IMG/VR virus record: IMGVR_UViG_3300028601_000019
Coordinates: 68,130 to 132,129 of that record
DNA: 64,000 bases
Source: a virus
Taxonomy: Duplodnaviria > Heunggongvirae > Uroviricota > Caudoviricetes
Strand: one strand, 5' to 3'
Positions 20,388 through 30,218 of the stretch are shown here, in pieces. Made by a program: the position numbers and the translations under genes. Within the stretch, counting starts at the first letter, position 1, and each line of letters starts with the position of its first letter. A model generated the notes under the pieces. It was not told where the DNA came from. It saw nothing but the letters and a program-made list of their open reading frames with translations, and did no database searches.

Positions 20388-22193
20388 CTAAGCAAGAAGC
20401 CATTCTTTTCTTGGTTGAGAATCTTTACCAAATGCCATATCCAATGTTTGTCTGGAGAATTCATCTTCTTCAACTGTAATTAAAGTATCTAGCATCTTTC
20501 GATATGCTTTTTTGTCCAAGGAACCGAGCCCTTTGTTGTGGGATGTCACTTCTAGAATTTCAAAATCAGGGTCATTTTTATAATCTGTAAGACTAAAAAA
20601 CTCTTTAACTACTCTAGTTTGTGGATGTTTAGCCACTACAATCGGAGAAATAGCCTTTAAAAGTTTTCCTTGTCTAATCATCTCTGGCCAAAATGTATAA
20701 AATAAATTTATCAATGTACATGCGATAGAGTTTCCATCTTCATCAGCATCAGACATAATTGCTACTTTTCCAAAATTCATATCATCAATAGATGGATCGG
20801 AAAGTTTAAGATTCAAAGCTGCTAAAATATCAATAATCTCAGCATTTTGCATAAGCTTTGAAAGCGGTGTATCTTGAGGAGAAATGACCTTGCCTCTAAG
20901 TGGATAACCACCCTCATTTGGATTTCGTACTTCAATAAATGTACTCAATGCTGAATTTCCCTCTGCAAGAAAAAGTATTGTATCTTTTCTATTTGGTGTA
21001 TTTGCATCGATTAATTTAGCAATTTTTTTCTTTGAAGCAAATGTTTCTTTTGATTTAAGCTCTTTTCGCTTCTTTAGTTCTTCTTTAATTTTAAATGTCT
21101 CAATGATGGGAAACATCATTTCATCATTTTTATAAAGCTTCTTGGCAATAACATTAAAATCAATGTCATTAATAAGGTCTTGAACTTCTTTAGTTGTATT
21201 GATTAGATTTTCTTTTGTTTGAGAATCGAATCTTGGAGCAGTAAAATTCCTAAAGTTAATGATATAACATGTTTTATTTTTAATATCAAGAGGTTTGATT
21301 TCTTTATATTTCTTACCAATAATATCTCTTAAAGCATATGTTATTTTGTTTACAATAAGATCTACATGGTTGCCGCCGCGCTTTGTATTAAGGCCATTAA
21401 CAAATGATACTTGCTCATATTCACCAGGATAAACTGATATATCAATATTATCATATGTGAATGTTTCAAAATTAGTTGAGTAAAGTTCACAATACTTTTT
21501 AAAATTGTTATTAAGCTTTTTTCCATTGATATAAAATGAAATTTCCGGAAAACAAATAGAATAATCTGTAATTGTTTTGATGAGATAATTTTTATGAATC
21601 TCATCAATTTCTGTCATAGAAAATCTATGAAAATCTGGCCAATATTGAACAAAAGTGCCATTTCCTTCTTTATTTTTGATGTCATACTTAATATCAGAAC
21701 CGTTATCTCTGCAAGTAAGTTTGGTTATCTTTCCACTATTAATAGTTTCAACATAGAACTTAGTACTAAAAATTTGGGTTAAACTTGCACCCACACCATT
21801 CTGGCCAATAGAAGTAGAATCATCTGAAAAATTGCTTCCTGTTTTAAGATTAGTAAAAACAGCAACAGAAGCAGGAACATCAAGTCCTTCAACCATTTTT
21901 GATGAAATGCCTCTTCCATTGTCCCTAACTGAAATATTATCTTTAGCAATATCAATTTTTATAATATTAGCAAATTGACCCTTAGTCTTAAGATTTTCAT
22001 CCAAAGAATTTGAAACAATTTCCTTAAAGGCTGTAATAAAGCCAGGAACATATTCAAATTCCTTCTTAACAAAGGAATCTTTCTCAAGAATGTATTCTTC
22101 AACAATATTCTTTTTTGTTGACCCCAGATACATTGCAGGTCTTGTGAGCACATGTTCAATATCGCTTAAAGCAATAATCTTCTCTTCTTTCAT
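20388..22193 (-). CDS. 39: Type II DNA topoisomerase, ATPase+TOPRIM subunit (gp39/60 fused)
   Basis: EHVLTRPAMYLGS, EIVSNSLDE, GQNGVGASL, LAEGNSA, PLRGK, SDADEDG, KGLGS. Confidence 0.95.
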   Translation of the reverse strand: MKEEKIIALSDIEHVLTRPAMYLGSTKKNIVEEYILEKDSFVKKEFEYVPGFITAFKEIVSNSLDENLKTKGQFANIIKIDIAKDNISVRDNGRGISSKMVEGLDVPASVAVFTNLKTGSNFSDDSTSIGQNGVGASLTQIFSTKFYVETINSGKITKLTCRDNGSDIKYDIKNKEGNGTFVQYWPDFHRFSMTEIDEIHKNYLIKTITDYSICFPEISFYINGKKLNNNFKKYCELYSTNFETFTYDNIDISVYPGEYEQVSFVNGLNTKRGGNHVDLIVNKITYALRDIIGKKYKEIKPLDIKNKTCYIINFRNFTAPRFDSQTKENLINTTKEVQDLINDIDFNVIAKKLYKNDEMMFPIIETFKIKEELKKRKELKSKETFASKKKIAKLIDANTPNRKDTILFLAEGNSALSTFIEVRNPNEGGYPLRGKVISPQDTPLSKLMQNAEIIDILAALNLKLSDPSIDDMNFGKVAIMSDADEDGNSIACTLINLFYTFWPEMIRQGKLLKAISPIVVAKHPQTRVVKEFFSLTDYKNDPDFEILEVTSHNKGLGSLDKKAYRKMLDTLITVEEDEFSRQTLDMAFGKDSQPRKEWLLA

Positions 22194-22232
22194 CTTAACC
22201 TCATTAAATTTAAAAGGTAGCAATCAATTAAA

Positions 22233-22261
22233 ATTCTAATCAAAAGCTACCTTGTTGTAAA
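22233..22261 (-). promoter_or_regulatory. Early-type promoter TTTACA-N17-TAGAAT
   Basis: Exact spacing, upstream of gp39. Confidence 0.65.
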
Positions 22262-22279
22262 CATTTATTTATTGTTTAT

Positions 22280-22771
22280 TTAATCAATTTCCAAAATTTC
22301 AAAGGTTGAATTATGAATTCCATAAATGTCTATATAGTCTTTACCTTTTTCAACTGCAATAGTTTCTTTTAAAATCTTAGTGAGTGTGAAACAATTTTCT
22401 TCAAACTTGTCTCCAGTAAAAATTTCTAAAGCTTCAGTTATTTGAACCATATCATCATAATGAGATTGATTCATATCCTTAGTTAGAAATGTGTTAATAA
22501 ACAATCTATCTTTTGAATATGTAGCAATCATTTTAAAGGTTTTGAAAACTACGGCATAAACGCCGTACTTCTTATTATCCTTTCTAAGAACATTGATGAA
22601 TTTCTTCAAATAGTCATATACATCCTTCTTAGACATATTGATTCTCTTAAGTCTAGAATCCATACTATGTTCTTCACCAGCTTTACCAGTATTCCAAAAA
22701 ATCTTGACATTTTTATAAGGGAACTTGAACATTGGTTCATGCCCCTCATTTAGAAAGTTTAAAAAATTCAT
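22280..22771 (-). CDS. Hypothetical protein
   Basis: Intact ORF with RBS (ggag) and an upstream TTTACA-N17-TAAATA motif at 22805-22833. Confidence 0.7.
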   Translation of the reverse strand: MNFLNFLNEGHEPMFKFPYKNVKIFWNTGKAGEEHSMDSRLKRINMSKKDVYDYLKKFINVLRKDNKKYGVYAVVFKTFKMIATYSKDRLFINTFLTKDMNQSHYDDMVQITEALEIFTGDKFEENCFTLTKILKETIAVEKGKDYIDIYGIHNSTFEILEID

Positions 22772-22906
22772 AATTCACTCCAGAAGGTTATTTAATGAAT
22801 TTTTTATTTATTCATTATCTACAGACTTGTAAACAATTATTTTACAAGAGGGAAGTGCCGTTCGTATACATGAAGTATATAAATATTATAAATTAAGGAG
22901 TAAATA

Positions 22907-23689
22907 ATGTATCTTAAAAAACTATCTCAATATTGCGACACAAAATCAAAATATTTTTTATGATATTCAAATCTTATTAATAAGAATTATCATACAAATG
23001 ATTTTGTAAATTCTATAAGAAAGCAAAAATTAAAATTAAATGACAATATTATATATGAAGCTCATCATATTTTGCCGGGGTGTATATGCACACAAGAAGA
23101 AAACAAAGATATAAGAAATATTGTTTTTCTTACTCTACGAGAACATTATATTGCACATATGATATTAAGAAAGGCTATTATATATAAACCTTTACAAGAA
23201 AAAATGAATAATGCTTTTTATTTTATGTCAAATAAATTAAAATTTACTAGCTCAATCATTTATAAAAAATCAAAAATATCAGCAATAGCTAAAAATAAAA
23301 AAATACTTAAAGGCAAACCATCAGTTTTAAAAAACAAAACATATGAAGAAGTTTTTGGAGAAGAAATAGCAAAAAAACTTAAAAAAGAAAAATCAATTTT
23401 TTTTAAAAATAGAAAATTTTCGGAAATTACTTTACAAAAAATGAAAGATAATCACGCGGATTTTTCTGGGGCCAAAAATCCGCGCGCATTAAAAGGTAGT
23501 CTTATTGATAACAATGAAAAAGAAATATTTGAATTTAAAACACTTATTGAATTATCAGAATATTGCAAATCAATTGGTTTGCCTTTTAGAGGGTTAAAAT
23601 CTAATAAATGAATTTATACCCCAAACATTACTGCTAGAAATAAACAATTTAAAAAATTCTTAGGATTTAGTGTAATTTTTGTCGATTAA
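22907..23689 (+). mobile_element. Free-standing HNH homing endonuclease (Mob-like, NUMOD3-type tail), 260 aa, code 4
   Basis: YEAHHILPG...NIVFLTLREHYIAHMIL, YEEVFGEE, HADFSGAKNP. TGA at 22961 and 23609. Antisense to its neighbours; strong RBS aaggag. Confidence 0.85.
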
Positions 23690-24337
23690 ATAAAAATGTC
23701 TTGAATATACATGAAGTGAACCAACTTGATGGATGAGATTTCCGATTGTAAGATCTGGATAATCAAACTTTAAATCTTCAACAAGTTTATTTTGTACATG
23801 TCTTGCCCAATACAAATCGTTCTTTACACCAAAAATCGAATCTGCAGATCGCTGAGATAATACATATACAAGCTTATCATTCCTAATAAGTACCTGGACA
23901 CAATTGGTGCACATGAAATCGCTCATACCATTTTGATTGTATTCCCATTGCATTGACGGTCTATTATAAATCATCATTGCTCTTCGTGAATCTTTATCTC
24001 TGCGCAGTGTTCTTATACAGTTCTTATATTGTTCGCCATTTTCTTTAGAATAAATTACCCAACCATAATTAGAATTAATATAACCATCTTTATCACATAC
24101 TTGTCGCCAAATCTGTGGTGTCTTGGGCAAATCATATACATTTAAGGATTGTGATTCATACCACTCTACTTCACGAGCAGCATACTCCATACTAAGAGTA
24201 CCAAAGATAACTTCTTCATCTGCAATATATGATTCACCAACTAATTCAATTGTCTTTACACCGGTCTTATCAATAACAAATTCTTCATTCTTAAGCTTTT
24301 CAATAAAAGCATTTCTAATATCTTGCATTCGTTTCAT
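23660..24337 (-). CDS. 42: dCMP hydroxymethylase (T4 gp42-like)
   Basis: Close motif match to T4 gp42: DKTGVKTIE, INSNYGW, DSRR.M.IY.RPSMQ..YN..GMSDFMCTN, GSLHVYSRHF. Has Asp (KNDLYW) at the dCMP-specificity position where ThyA has Asn. Confidence 0.9.
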   Translation of the reverse strand: MKRMQDIRNAFIEKLKNEEFVIDKTGVKTIELVGESYIADEEVIFGTLSMEYAAREVEWYESQSLNVYDLPKTPQIWRQVCDKDGYINSNYGWVIYSKENGEQYKNCIRTLRRDKDSRRAMMIYNRPSMQWEYNQNGMSDFMCTNCVQVLIRNDKLVYVLSQRSADSIFGVKNDLYWARHVQNKLVEDLKFDYPDLTIGNLIHQVGSLHVYSRHFYLIDKNYTKS

Positions 24338-24339
24338 AT

Positions 24340-25020
24340 TTAACCTCTAAGTCCTTTTATAATAATATTTAAAGCTTCTATATAAGTAGTGCTTAGAACA
24401 TCATTATAACAATCTAATTTTTCTTCGATATCATTAAGAATTTTCTTTGCTTTTTCCTCAATATCATCTTCTTTTAAGAAACAAAGAATTTCGTCAAGAA
24501 TCTTTTCTGGAGCCTTACTATTAACATCAATAGTAAGTTTATTTTTTATACTAGTCATAAACATAGCTTCTTCAAATTTCGATCTTTCAAAAATCTTATC
24601 TTCTTTTTTGGTAGAAAGTGATAGCCCGTCGTCTCTACTTAAAACATTATCAATATTAGAATCTTTAAGAAAAATTACATATACATTATTCCAGAATTCA
24701 TGAATTCTAAATTTTTCTTCAAGTTTCCAAATATAAGAAGGATCATATCCCCGATATCTAGAATATACGTTTTCCCCAAGATGAGATCTATCACAAATAA
24801 CATTAATATTCTTGTCATAAAAATATTCAAAAGTTTCAAACATTTCAGTATAGAGCTTTTGAGATAACTTTTGGGCTTCATTCTTATCTAGACTCTTAAC
24901 ACCAGAATAGTGAAGAACATGAGCAGTCTGATTCTGTTTACTCCAAAAGTTAAAAAGAGCTTTAACATTGGTAGTTTTGAAACAGTTGTCAAGACCTTCG
25001 AACAATACAATTTTAGACAT
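24340..25020 (-). CDS. Thymidylate-kinase-like dNMP kinase
   Basis: FEGLDNCFKTT P-loop and ICDRSHLGE.VY motif. Confidence 0.8.
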   Translation of the reverse strand: MSKIVLFEGLDNCFKTTNVKALFNFWSKQNQTAHVLHYSGVKSLDKNEAQKLSQKLYTEMFETFEYFYDKNINVICDRSHLGENVYSRYRGYDPSYIWKLEEKFRIHEFWNNVYVIFLKDSNIDNVLSRDDGLSLSTKKEDKIFERSKFEEAMFMTSIKNKLTIDVNSKAPEKILDEILCFLKEDDIEEKAKKILNDIEEKLDCYNDVLSTTYIEALNIIIKGLRG

Positions 25021-25049
25021 TAAAAACTCCTATGGGATGTATAATTTTC

Positions 25050-25078
25050 ATCATACATCCCTTTAGATTAGTTGTAAA
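25050..25078 (-). promoter_or_regulatory. Early-type promoter TTTACA-N17-TATGAT
   Basis: Exact spacing, upstream of the kinase-gp42 pair. Confidence 0.65.
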
Positions 25079-25082
25079 CTAT

Positions 25083-25574
25083 TTAGATTCCAGTTGATCC
25101 AAATCCACCAGATCCTCGATCAGTTTCATTCTTTTCATATTCACTTGGTTCAATTTCTTCAGGCATAGAACAATCAATTGGAATAAGAACAAATTGAGTA
25201 ATCTTTTGCCCAAACTTAATAATCTGTTCAACTTTAGATACATTAACTAGATTGAGATGGATCTCGCCACGATAACTTTGGTCAATGACTTTAGCTAATA
25301 GAGTAAGGCCGCACTTAGAGGCAATTCCAGATTTATCAAAAGCAATAAGAGCATGATTATCTGGAAACAGTGTTTTTACTCCAGCAGGAATAAGAATCCT
25401 TGATAGAGAAGGAAGAAAAATTCCATCCTTAGTAATATAGATGCCTGGATTCTTTTCCTTTAGTTCGGCCATAAATTCTTTAGATCATTCAGGGATGAAA
25501 AAATCAATGCCAGCATCCGTCTGGTTTGCCCTACAGGGACTTTTAACATTTCTCACCTTACAAAATTTAAACAT
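25083..25574 (-). CDS. dut: Trimeric dUTPase, 163 aa, code 4
   Basis: Motif I (DAGIDF) lies upstream of TGA 25485-25487; KSG, VIDQSYRGEI, KITQ and RGSGGFGSTG lie downstream. Confidence 0.92.
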
Positions 25575-25603
25575 CTTTACTCCTTATAAACCATATTATT
25601 CAT

Positions 25604-25813
25604 TTATTTAAATTCAAAGTATTTTTGTGGGCTCAACAAAAGTGAATTTAACTCAACATCTCCATGAACGTGCTTATATGTCATTGCAGAATTAAAATCT
25701 TCAAGAGCTCTTTCCTGATCTTGATTACTATTCAATGATTCGTAATTAGTCTCAGCAACTAATCTGCGGCTTGCACCTTCTCTGCTGAACCTCATAATTG
25801 TTTTAGATTCCAT
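25604..25813 (-). CDS. Hypothetical protein, 69 aa
   Basis: ATG at 25813 overlaps the ThyX end. The longer track start is likely spurious. Confidence 0.5.
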   Translation of the reverse strand: MESKTIMRFSREGASRRLVAETNYESLNSNQDQERALEDFNSAMTYKHVHGDVELNSLLLSPQKYFEFK

Positions 25814-26345
25814 ATCTTTTAAAAAATCTTGTTTTTGGTCCGGCCCAAACAACACCATCTACTCTTCCACAAATTCGTGGTTCATGACAATATCCACCCC
25901 GATAAATACATTCAGGAACTAAGAACTTTGGAAGTTCATCATCCACCAATACAATAGCATCTACAATTAGGTTGAATACTTCTCTGGTTTCATCTGAGGC
26001 TTTGTAGCATAAACGCTTTTTAGCCATATTAATAAGTGTTTGCGCGTTTAGAATCATCGTATGATTTACAGGGGTATTGCGATTTGCAACTTCTGTTGCT
26101 CCACGATCTTGTCTCATTGTCTGAACAAAGTGTTCTACACCAATCTTATGTCTAACAAAGTGAACCGACACAAAACTTGGAATGCCTTCCATTTTAATAA
26201 CAAAAATCTGTGATCGAATCGGAGAGTGTTCACAATTATAAATTCCTGCAAGAGACATTTTAGATTCTACAGGATTGTTCATTGTCGATTCGCAAGTCGT
26301 TCGAAGAAGATCTTCATTAGACATTTTTAAACATGTTACTTTCAA
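25803..26345 (-). CDS. thyX: Flavin-dependent thymidylate synthase (ThyX/Thy1 family)
   Basis: EHSPIR, VSVHFVRHK.GVEHFVQ..R.DR, LINMAKKRLC, VPECIYRGG.C.E. Confidence 0.8.
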   Translation of the reverse strand: MKVTCLKMSNEDLLRTTCESTMNNPVESKMSLAGIYNCEHSPIRSQIFVIKMEGIPSFVSVHFVRHKIGVEHFVQTMRQDRGATEVANRNTPVNHTMILNAQTLINMAKKRLCYKASDETREVFNLIVDAIVLVDDELPKFLVPECIYRGGYCHEPRICGRVDGVVWAGPKTRFFKRYGI

Positions 26346-26347
26346 TT

Positions 26348-26605
26348 TTAATCCTCCAACGCTTTCATAATCTTATGATAATTATTTTGTAATGTTTCAA
26401 GATATTTTTTATAGCCAATATTAGTAATAGTTACAGATTCTTCTAATGTTTTAACAATTTCCATTGCCATAAGTGAATCCAATTTGTCAGAAAGATTTTT
26501 AGCATCTGAGGGAGATGTTAAATCTCCCTCAATGGCTACTGTAACCTTTACAGGAGCAAATGGAACTGTTGGAATTCCAATTGATCTTTCAAGCTTTACA
26601 TTCAT
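26348..26605 (-). CDS. Hypothetical protein
   Basis: Intact ORF in the operon. Confidence 0.6.
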   Translation of the reverse strand: MNVKLERSIGIPTVPFAPVKVTVAIEGDLTSPSDAKNLSDKLDSLMAMEIVKTLEESVTITNIGYKKYLETLQNNYHKIMKALED

Positions 26606-26607
26606 GA

Positions 26608-26817
26608 TTAATCCTTTTTTACTGGCTTACGCACATACGACTTAAATGGATTGTCTGTATGCTCAAGGCCAACAATGTTAACTTCTTCTTTCATATCTTT
26701 TTCAAGAAAAATTTTCTTGCAATCAATACACTGATAAGTGGTAGGATTGTTAGACTCAACTGCACGAAATTCCTTAAAGTTAAAACACTTACATGTATTC
26801 ATTGATAAACTCCTCAT
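26608..26817 (-). CDS. Small Zn-ribbon protein
   Basis: CKC...YQCIDCK. Confidence 0.5.
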   Translation of the reverse strand: MRSLSMNTCKCFNFKEFRAVESNNPTTYQCIDCKKIFLEKDMKEEVNIVGLEHTDNPFKSYVRKPVKKD

Positions 26818-28681
26818 AGGTTGTAATTTTAATTCCAGACTTCTTTGCTTTTTTCATTTTAGAAGAACTCGATTCCAAATCATCACAAATAAGAATCTCT
26901 GTTGATGATGAAAACTCAATAATTTCAAATCCTTTCTTGATAAACATTTCTTCAAGAACTTTTCTTGGATGTGGACCTTTGCCGGTAACAGTAACCTTTA
27001 CGAAATCTTTGCTTTCCTCACTTAGAGATTCTTTCTCATTAAATGTTAATCCAAACTCTTTTAATAAAATATAAAGGTCTCTTACACGATCAAGGTTTTC
27101 CTTAACTGATGTAAGAATAGATATACCAAACCCGTCAGTATTTGTAAACAATTTTTCATCAAGATTAAAAATTTTCTCAAATTTTTCTTTAGATGTTAAT
27201 GATTTATCAAGACTATTAATAAACTTAACAGAATTCCTCTTTCCCATGTTTGGAATGGCACAAGCAGCAAGAAGAATTTCTGGTTCAACATTTGTAATAG
27301 CCTTTTTAATTTCAAAAACAATTTGAGAAGCTTTCTTTTCGCCAAAACCATCCATACTAGCAATTGTATGTTCATTCAATAAGAAAATCTCATGAAGTGA
27401 CGTTACCATAAGATTTCTAAAAGTTTGTGCAGAAATGTTCTCAGCGCCAAGAGTTTTGAAGAAATATTCACTGAACCCAATAAACTGCTCAGGGCATCCA
27501 AATGAATTTTTACAAATTAGATCAACACCTTCTTTAACAAGTTGTTCACCACAAGATGGGCAATCAATAACCCATGAAGGACCATTAGCTGGTTTATCTA
27601 CTGAAAGAATATAGGGAATTATGTCACCTGATTTAACAATTTTAACTTTAGCTCCTGAACCTACTTTATTATTAAAAACATAATCGAAGTTGTGGCATGT
27701 TGCCTTTGAAACATTACTTCCATCAATGGGGATAGGTTCTTTGAAAATGGCAAGAGGAACAACACGCCCAGTTCTTGATACATTCCATTCAATATAATCA
27801 ATCTCTGCTTCTACACCTTCAGCATTAACCTTGAACGCTACTTTCTTTTCTGGCCGTTCTACATTTTCTCGTTTATAGTCAATGGGAGCAATTACAAGAC
27901 CATCAAGATCATATCCATAATCTTGTTTCATTTCCATTAAAATAGTCTTAAGTTCATCAACACCGAATTCCGATCCCATTTGATAATCAACCGGCGTTAA
28001 TCCCATATCTGCAATATCTGAAAAATCTTCTGTCAAAAGTTTATTGGGTGAATTGATATACTCATGAAAGAAAACCCTAATATATTCACAATTTTCAACA
28101 CCATCTCGATTAAGAATCCCTGATACACCATTACGAGCATTTGCAAACCCAAGAGAAGATGCAACACTTCTTGTCAAAAGTGCTTCGCCCCTAAGTTCAA
28201 CAAGTTCCTTTTTAGAAATCTTTTTAGGAAGAAAATGCTTTGCCTTATGGGTTAAATCAAATCCCTCTAATCCATCTCCACGAGAAGTTGCAAGACTAAG
28301 TTCTCCATTTTCATATGATACAAAAAGGGCGGCCCCATCAAGCTTGGGCATAATAACATAAAGTTGATCTTTTGGAAATTTAGAAAGAAAAGAATTAATA
28401 TTGTCTGGCTTGAATTTCTTCAATGATCCAAGAACATATTTGTGCTTCACTTTTTGTGATTTTTCAACCATGGCCCCAACCATATTAAAATAAGGATTGT
28501 TAGGGAATTTCTTTTGTGCAAATTCCTTAAGTTCATCATATACATCATCATCCATTATGGTTTGACCAGACGATGAATTATAATATGCCTTATCTGCTTC
28601 TGTTAGAAGTTGAATCAGAGATTTTTCTGACATAGCTTCTACTTCAAATTTTTTATTCTCTAAATCTTCTTTTGTATACAC
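26789..28681 (-). CDS. ligA: NAD-dependent DNA ligase
   Basis: ADKAYY, MDDDVYD, PKLDG, RGDG, ELRGE, NARN, DGLVI, AFK, Zn finger CPSC...C...C and a BRCT-like end. Confidence 0.95.
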   Translation of the reverse strand: MYTKEDLENKKFEVEAMSEKSLIQLLTEADKAYYNSSSGQTIMDDDVYDELKEFAQKKFPNNPYFNMVGAMVEKSQKVKHKYVLGSLKKFKPDNINSFLSKFPKDQLYVIMPKLDGAALFVSYENGELSLATSRGDGLEGFDLTHKAKHFLPKKISKKELVELRGEALLTRSVASSLGFANARNGVSGILNRDGVENCEYIRVFFHEYINSPNKLLTEDFSDIADMGLTPVDYQMGSEFGVDELKTILMEMKQDYGYDLDGLVIAPIDYKRENVERPEKKVAFKVNAEGVEAEIDYIEWNVSRTGRVVPLAIFKEPIPIDGSNVSKATCHNFDYVFNNKVGSGAKVKIVKSGDIIPYILSVDKPANGPSWVIDCPSCGEQLVKEGVDLICKNSFGCPEQFIGFSEYFFKTLGAENISAQTFRNLMVTSLHEIFLLNEHTIASMDGFGEKKASQIVFEIKKAITNVEPEILLAACAIPNMGKRNSVKFINSLDKSLTSKEKFEKIFNLDEKLFTNTDGFGISILTSVKENLDRVRDLYILLKEFGLTFNEKESLSEESKDFVKVTVTGKGPHPRKVLEEMFIKKGFEIIEFSSSTEILICDDLESSSSKMKKAKKSGIKITTYEEFINEYM

Positions 28682-29281
28682 TTATTCATCCTCTTTAAAA
28701 ATTTTACCCATGACATATAAGTCGTATTGTTCTTTATTATACACCTTTCGAAAATCATTGTAAACTGTTATAATCTGAGTTTTGGGATCAGTAAGAAAAC
28801 TATAAAGCAAATGTTCTGCTTCTTTAGCGTTTTTAAACTCAATCTTAGATGCTAAAATTTGTTCTTCGTAATTTCTTACTAATGTTTTCCATCCTTTTAT
28901 AAGGTCGATCATTTTTTTATCATACAATTTATAAGCTGTAGTTTTAATGTACACAATCTTTTTTGTATACATAGGAACATAATAATATAATTCTTTTTGT
29001 TGATTATCATTTATCAAAAGATACTCATCAATCAATGTATAGTCAAATGGTTTAACTCGTACTCCCCTTTCATTTACATATCTAATATATTCATCAACTG
29101 TAAATATTACATGGCTTCCAGGTTCTTTCCTATACCTATCCACAATATATCTTTTCATTGGCATATTTTGTACAACAAAGGCAACACTATAGCCCTCATT
29201 TAAAAGCGATGATGCTTTCCTTACTAATGATTGTGTTTTACCTGATTGTCTTGGTAAAATTTCTAAATTACATTTCTCCAT
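28682..29281 (-). CDS. Small P-loop protein with terminase-like Walker A (LPRQSGKT) and IDE Walker B
   Basis: Motifs seen directly; only 199 aa. Confidence 0.55.
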   Translation of the reverse strand: MEKCNLEILPRQSGKTQSLVRKASSLLNEGYSVAFVVQNMPMKRYIVDRYRKEPGSHVIFTVDEYIRYVNERGVRVKPFDYTLIDEYLLINDNQQKELYYYVPMYTKKIVYIKTTAYKLYDKKMIDLIKGWKTLVRNYEEQILASKIEFKNAKEAEHLLYSFLTDPKTQIITVYNDFRKVYNKEQYDLYVMGKIFKEDE

Positions 29282-30218
29282 AAAAATTCCCCCATTGTTT
29301 GTTTATTTGCCTTTGAATTGCTTCCAGAATAGAAATTGTATTATTTAAAACAACATGGTCGCTTGGTCTTAGCGTTCCTTCTATTGCTCTTTCTATTGCT
29401 TCAATATTTCCTTCACATGAATATGGTCTGGGGTCTGTTTTATTAGGACCGTATAAGATTTCTATCGTTACTTTCATTTTTATTCTCTTCAATAGAATTT
29501 TTAATTTGTTTTTCTTTCCATCTAACCCCATTAAAAAATCCATCTATAAAGGTACTTCTGTCTGCATCAGGTTCAAAATCATCACAATAAATATCATATG
29601 AATAGTGGGCAGATTTTTGGATGTTTGATGTATTTTCCACATCAACATGTTTTGTCTTCTTTTTCAAAGATTTAATTTGATCTTCAAGATCTTCAATTTT
29701 ACATGCCATAGCATATACAAACTTATCTCCACAAAGATCTTTCCAAGGTTCACCATATCTTAGAACGTATTGCCTACCATTATCCATGACATAGGTGTAC
29801 TTGTCGTCATCAAGATTAATTTTCATCATAGCATTTAATCCTTCATATCTTTCAAAATTTTAGAGATATCAATATTCATCTTAGTAAGAAGTTCCTTCAT
29901 ATGATAGTTTTCTTTTGCCAACTTATACATTGTTCCAGGCAAAACATCCCAATCTAATTCTCTTGTATTTTTTGGAAAGAATGGTTCAATATTTCTAACG
30001 ATGGATGCATACAAAGCATTTCCAGGAACATAAGCATTTTTTACTTCTGTTTTGTAATAGTCAACATCTTCTTCAAGAGTTTTGATTTGTTCTCTTAGTA
30101 AGCTCATAACTTCATCTGCTTCTCTTCTTTTATAAACCCCGTTTCCATTATCAAGATAGTACGCAGTAGGATATACAAACACATTTCCCATTTTTATTTC
30201 CCCTCTAGTTTCCAACAA
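29268..30218 (-). other. Three small hypothetical genes (about 29268-29477, 29443-29829, 29835-30191)
   Basis: Abutting same-strand ORFs ending in TAA. Confidence 0.55.

Noticed and set aside
23660-24337. Ordinary thymidylate synthase ThyA
   Set aside because: The motifs match T4 gp42, including Asp at the specificity position, and a separate ThyX is present.
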